DNA from: a candidate division WOR-3 bacterium
GTDB lineage: Bacteria > Hydrothermota > Tepidihabitantia > Tepidihabitantales > Tepidihabitantaceae
DNA: 64,000 nucleotides
NCBI GenBank assembly: GCA_965649205.1
Contig: CBFGJV010000011.1
Coordinates: 1 to 64,000 of the forward strand
Reading direction: 5' to 3'
Of the stretch, positions 60,045 to 64,000 are shown one piece after another. The translations under genes and the position numbers were made by a program. A model generated the notes under the pieces. It saw only the letters and a list, made by a program, of their open reading frames with translations. It did not search any database and was not told the DNA's origin. Within the stretch, counting starts at the first letter, position 1, and the number at the start of each line of letters is the position of its first letter.

Positions 60045-60100
60045 ACCTTAGCCTCCAAGTATAGCGACAAAACTGAATCTGACAAGAAATCTTTCGTAAG

Positions 60101-60130
60101 AAAAAAGGCCCGCGCTGGGCGGGCCTTTTC
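60101..60130 (-). terminator. Intrinsic terminator (potentially bidirectional)
   Basis: AAAAAAGGCCCGC-GCTGG-GCGGGCCTTTT. Confidence 0.85.
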
Positions 60131-60148
60131 GATGCTCTTGCTTGCTTT

Positions 60149-62005
60149 CTATTTGGCTCCTGCTTTGCCCCGGTTGTAGGCATCCCGCTGCCATTTTGGC
60201 CAGGGAGCATCGGGCATAAGTAGTTTGTCCTTGTAGCCGGCTACGCAGTACAACGCATCTTCGCCAATGACGATGATGTTGCCGTTGGAAAGGATTGCCG
60301 GCTGACCTTCAAACGTGTCAGGTTTGCCGCGGCGGGCAGATTTCTTGCCCGAGAAGTAGTCCGGACAGTTGCAGGCCCAGACCAGCTCACCATCTGATTG
60401 ACGAATGCAGTATAACACATCCGCGTAGTCCTGATAATACAGATAGTCGCCGGCCAGAATCGGGCTGGTGACAATGTCGTCTGTTCCGTGTTGTTTGGAC
60501 CAGATGATGGCGCCAGTAGCCGGGTTCAAGCAGTACATTTTTCCGCTGCCGGTTCCGGCAAATACCGCGGTGGGACTGACTACCACTCTCGTTACCTCCG
60601 CATCCAATATCGCGGTCCAGCGGATGGCACCGTCGGTGGCTCTTACCGAGAAGACCCGACCGGAGCTGGAACCGCAGTAGAGGTTGCCGTCAGCGCCGAT
60701 GGCTGGCGGATGGATTTCGTTGTTCTGGCGCAGCATCTTCTTCCAGGAAGGACTGGCCAGATTTGGAGGCAGTTTGTAGAGGTAACCAGAATCGGTACCG
60801 ATGTAAACGTTGCCGCCGGCATCAATAACCGGAGCTCCCACCATACCGGGAATGCGATAGCGGGCGTTGAGAGTTACAGTTGTGCCGTTGTCAGTGAAGT
60901 AGTAGAGCGTATCGTTGTCACGAGGAGCGTAGATTTTGTCGCCGTTTACCGCCACGGTTCCCCAGGGGATATAGGTGAGGGAATCTTCACGTTTCTTGCC
61001 GGGCCAGTTCCAGACTTTGCTCAAGCTGAGATTGAAGGCGTACAGCTCGCCGTCTTCGTTTCCGACTATGATGTGCTGGCGGTCCGGACAGTATACCGGA
61101 TGGCCGGTAAATTCATTTTCTTCTTCTGGTACATATGGCGTGCCGGTGCGGCGGGTGCGTCCTTGTGTGGTTATCGCCCGGATTGTACCGCCTTCGACTG
61201 TGGTGTAGATGAGTTCTGTGGTGCCGTCCATGACGATGACAGGAGATCCCGTTGCCAGATATTCGTTCTCTTTGTCGGACCACCACCACCAAGTGACAGC
61301 CCCGGCTTCCCCGACGACAAGGGTTTCCGGCCGGGACCATTCTGAGAGGGTGCCTTTTTTGTCTCGAGCCTGGCAGGATACAGCTACTTTGCCCAGTCTG
61401 GTGTAGGTGTGGGAGTCGCGTACTATGCCGCCGCTTGGTACCCAGCCGATGGAATCGCCTGGGAAGATGCTGTCGCTCCAGATGCCAGTGTTACCGTCAC
61501 CCCAGCGGAAGCGGAACCCTACCGAGTCGCCATCCGGGTCAGTGGTTGTGGCAGAAAACCAGGCAGGAACATTAATGACGGCCACCAAAGGTATGCGCAT
61601 TGTAGGCACAAGTGGTGCAGAATTTGGGAGGATTCTGATACTGGTAGGTTCAGACCAGTCTGAGGTCTTGTTTGGGTCCTCGGCGAGTACAGCCAGTACC
61701 TTGACGGAATAGTGGCCCGGAGTACGCCAGGCGTGATATACATACGCTCTCTCGCCGGAGGGATAGCTGGTTTCAGTAGTTTCTATAGAGGCGTCTCCCC
61801 AGTTGATAACATAGCGTACTTCCTTGTTCTGGGCCTGGGTAGTCATTACCTCAAAGCGCGTGGGTGCGCCCTGATAGGCGGAGTCAGGGCCGATTGGTCG
61901 GCCCGGGGTTTCAGGCGGCCTGGCTTTGGGGCAGCCAGTGACAGTGAGGAGTAATACTAACGCCAGTACGCCTGCAACGGTCAATCTGGTCCAGTTCATC
62001 ATCAT
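60149..62005 (-). CDS. Lipoprotein: two PKD-like domains plus PQQ/BamB-like beta-propeller
   Basis: Lipobox VTGC, two WGD motifs, propeller repeats, WPKWQ tail; AAGGAGG RBS. Confidence 0.85.
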   Translation of the reverse strand: MMMNWTRLTVAGVLALVLLLTVTGCPKARPPETPGRPIGPDSAYQGAPTRFEVMTTQAQNKEVRYVINWGDASIETTETSYPSGERAYVYHAWRTPGHYSVKVLAVLAEDPNKTSDWSEPTSIRILPNSAPLVPTMRIPLVAVINVPAWFSATTTDPDGDSVGFRFRWGDGNTGIWSDSIFPGDSIGWVPSGGIVRDSHTYTRLGKVAVSCQARDKKGTLSEWSRPETLVVGEAGAVTWWWWSDKENEYLATGSPVIVMDGTTELIYTTVEGGTIRAITTQGRTRRTGTPYVPEEENEFTGHPVYCPDRQHIIVGNEDGELYAFNLSLSKVWNWPGKKREDSLTYIPWGTVAVNGDKIYAPRDNDTLYYFTDNGTTVTLNARYRIPGMVGAPVIDAGGNVYIGTDSGYLYKLPPNLASPSWKKMLRQNNEIHPPAIGADGNLYCGSSSGRVFSVRATDGAIRWTAILDAEVTRVVVSPTAVFAGTGSGKMYCLNPATGAIIWSKQHGTDDIVTSPILAGDYLYYQDYADVLYCIRQSDGELVWACNCPDYFSGKKSARRGKPDTFEGQPAILSNGNIIVIGEDALYCVAGYKDKLLMPDAPWPKWQRDAYNRGKAGAK

Positions 62006-62039
62006 TTTCCTCCTTAGGATAAACGGGATGCCAATGTTC

Positions 62040-63074
62040 CTACTTCATTACTACCGGGCCATGGAAGCTACCGCGTTCTGGGAAACGGCACACTCCTCCA
62101 CGGCCGTCCTCAAAATAGAAATAGTACTGATGATCGGCGGCTAGGAAGTGTTTGGTGCGATACACGTATAGTCCGTTGTAGGGCTTTCCGGCGGCCAGGC
62201 TCATTTGGTGAGGTATGCCGTCTATGTAGATGAGAGCGAGTGCTGCCGGATCGTTGTCCGCATCGCGGTATTCTACTGTGTAGGTATAGCGGGAAAGATG
62301 ATTGCCGATAGGCGGAGTAATCCGGTTGCTAGAAAGTCGAGGGGGAGAGTTGGGGGTTTCATACACTTCTGGACCGCGGATAAAGCCGTAGCGAGGATGG
62401 GAGACACAGTCTCCTCTGTCATCTTCGGCACTGAAATAGTAATGGTGGGAGCCCGGGGCAAGACAGGTCTCGTACAGATAGATGCCGTCATTAGGTTCGC
62501 CGCTGTGCAGTTTCATCTGGTGGGGAATGCCGTCAATGAATACTCGTACCTGTCGGGGTGGTGCCTTGCCGTCTTTGTCCTGATAACGAACGGTGTAGGT
62601 ATAAATGTCCTTACTGGTGGAGCTGGCGTAGTGTACTCCGCCCTCAGAGAGAATTGGAAGTCGGTTGTAGGGAGCGCGGGATCCAACAAAGGGGCCACGC
62701 CAAGCTCCGTAACGAGGAAGTCGTTCGGTCTGACCACGGGCGTCTTCGACCTGGAAGTAATAGGTATGTTCACCTTTGGGCAGGGTGAGGCGGGCTCGAT
62801 ACACGCCTTTGGCAACTTTGCCACTGGCGAACCGGAGGGGGTATGCCTCGCCGTCAACATAGATACTTATCCTGGCCGGAGGGTCTCCGTCCGGGTCTGA
62901 ATATCTGACACTGGCGACATAGGTTGTGCGGGTGAGCCCACCTTCCAGCGGCCGGAATTCCGGCTGGGACAGACAGGGTTTATTGTTTGCCTCTTGGGCA
63001 AACGCAGGAATCACCAACGTCGCCGCAGCCAGAACAAAAAGGGTGGTGGAAAGAAGGCCGCGCTTTTTCAACAT
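62040..63074 (-). CDS. Secreted protein made of three tandem ~100-aa Ig-like repeats
   Basis: Signal peptide AFA; three copies of Y.D.D...P.....IDG...G.Y...H.YYF..ED..G....P..G...GP.V. Confidence 0.8.
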   Translation of the reverse strand: MLKKRGLLSTTLFVLAAATLVIPAFAQEANNKPCLSQPEFRPLEGGLTRTTYVASVRYSDPDGDPPARISIYVDGEAYPLRFASGKVAKGVYRARLTLPKGEHTYYFQVEDARGQTERLPRYGAWRGPFVGSRAPYNRLPILSEGGVHYASSTSKDIYTYTVRYQDKDGKAPPRQVRVFIDGIPHQMKLHSGEPNDGIYLYETCLAPGSHHYYFSAEDDRGDCVSHPRYGFIRGPEVYETPNSPPRLSSNRITPPIGNHLSRYTYTVEYRDADNDPAALALIYIDGIPHQMSLAAGKPYNGLYVYRTKHFLAADHQYYFYFEDGRGGVCRFPERGSFHGPVVMK

Positions 63075-63100
63075 AACTTCCTCCTTATTCAAGTCCGAGG

Positions 63101-63129
63101 ATTATAGAAAGTGCATGTTGGAGTGTCAA
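63101..63129 (-). promoter_or_regulatory. Consensus sigma70 promoter
   Basis: Perfect TTGACA, 17 nt, TATAAT, followed by AAGGAGG RBS of the 63074 gene. Confidence 0.8.
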
Positions 63130-63261
63130 TCCGCTCCGAAACGAACGAAAACAGGCAACCATCTGTCACAAGGAATGATAGTTGTGTCTGTATTCCTGTC
63201 AACCTAATTTCGTGGAGAAGAACAACTTGACTTAACTAAGTTCTGGTCCGATGATAGGGAG

Positions 63262-63735
63262 GTGAGAATAGCACTCATTGCTGCTTGTTGTGTTTTATCT
63301 GCAGGTACAGGGGGTGGATGCAGACCACAGGTCAAACCCATAGAAGTGGATTTCCGCCGGTTGAAGTTGGAGCAGGTGAGTCAGGGGGTATTGGAGCTGG
63401 AGCTTTACAATCCTAACAGATTCAGGCTGGCTGCGGAGAGCCTGCGTTATTTTCTTGTGTGCGGCGAAGATACGTTGGCTCAGGGTGTAAAACCGCAGGG
63501 AGTAAGTATGGCGGCACTGGATAGTATTGTAGCCGAGTTTCCTTTTGAGCTACGTTATGACATCTGGGCTCTGGTGTTGCGTCTGCCGGCCATACTTGCG
63601 GATACGGTATGGTTGCAGCTGGAGGGTAGGTATGTTGTCTCCTGGCCCGGAGGAAGCGGACGGTTTAGCTATGCTCGTTACATCTTTTTGGCAGAAGAAC
63701 TGAACAGGCTGAGGAATCTGTTTGGCGGAGACTAA
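63262..63735 (+). CDS. LEA_2/WHy-like lipoprotein
   Basis: Signal with GGC; LELYNPN..L....L.Y motif. Confidence 0.7.
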   Translation: MRIALIAACCVLSAGTGGGCRPQVKPIEVDFRRLKLEQVSQGVLELELYNPNRFRLAAESLRYFLVCGEDTLAQGVKPQGVSMAALDSIVAEFPFELRYDIWALVLRLPAILADTVWLQLEGRYVVSWPGGSGRFSYARYIFLAEELNRLRNLFGGD

Positions 63736-64000
63736 CCGCAGAGCACAGCCCCGCCGTTGACGTTGAGAATTTCGCCGGTGATGAAGGTGGAAAGGTTAGA
63801 GGCAAGGAAGATTACGGCAGAGGCGAATTCCTCAGGACGACCCACCCTACTCAAGGGAATAGTGGCGAGCACCTGTTTGCGCAGAGCCGGGTCAGATAGG
63901 GTGGGGCGAGACATATCCGTGTCAAACCAGCCCGGGGCGATACAGTTCACTAGGATGCCGTAGGGAGCGAGTTCGACGGCGAGCGATTTGGTCAGACTGA
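63732..64000 (-). CDS. SDR oxidoreductase (FabG-like), 3' part
   Basis: SLTKSLAVELAPYGILVNCIAPGWFDTDM, GRPEE, ITGEILNVNGG. Confidence 0.9.
   Translation of the reverse strand, partial: SLTKSLAVELAPYGILVNCIAPGWFDTDMSRPTLSDPALRKQVLATIPLSRVGRPEEFASAVIFLASNLSTFITGEILNVNGGAVLCG

Noticed and set aside
1..64000. rRNA, tRNA, tmRNA, RNase P or CRISPR array
   Set aside because: No recognisable conserved motifs or regularly spaced repeats seen by eye; a covariance search was not possible.

Overview
Bacterial chromosomal window from an apparently anaerobic diderm. C25 and M28 peptidases with C-terminal sorting-type domains and PKD/beta-propeller lipoproteins suggest a WOR-3/FCB-like lineage (inference only). 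Layout: (1) 1-10.5 kb, a flavin-based electron-bifurcation cluster with three HdrA-family genes (one an HdrL-type fusion), mvhD, an FdhB/FrhB-like gene and a tandem HdrC with CxxHxxC motifs. (2) 10.5-14.1 kb, galT-galK-melA. (3) 14.2-29.4 kb, an accessory ion/metalloid-stress region. It holds an ArsR-CcdA-thioredoxin-ArsP-thioredoxin-DGC-BFD operon interrupted by a McrA-head/nuclease/nitrilase-fold fusion, a tiny lipopeptide ending at a possible Sec codon, an acr3 remnant, and mgtA with a 17-codon leader ORF. It also holds a fluoride-riboswitch operon (CPA2 antiporter, small membrane protein, DUF6062-like, Zn-ribbon protein), several pseudogenes and a decayed transposase. (4) 29.5-64 kb, mostly housekeeping and envelope genes (accD, hicBA, radA, dnaB, coaBC, rpoZ, gmk, yicC, dtd, glyS, parAB, truA, and ileS with a GVHH/EMHKS signature). 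Many genes look leaderless. No rRNA, tRNA or CRISPR array was seen. All family assignments come from motif recognition by eye; no searches were run.
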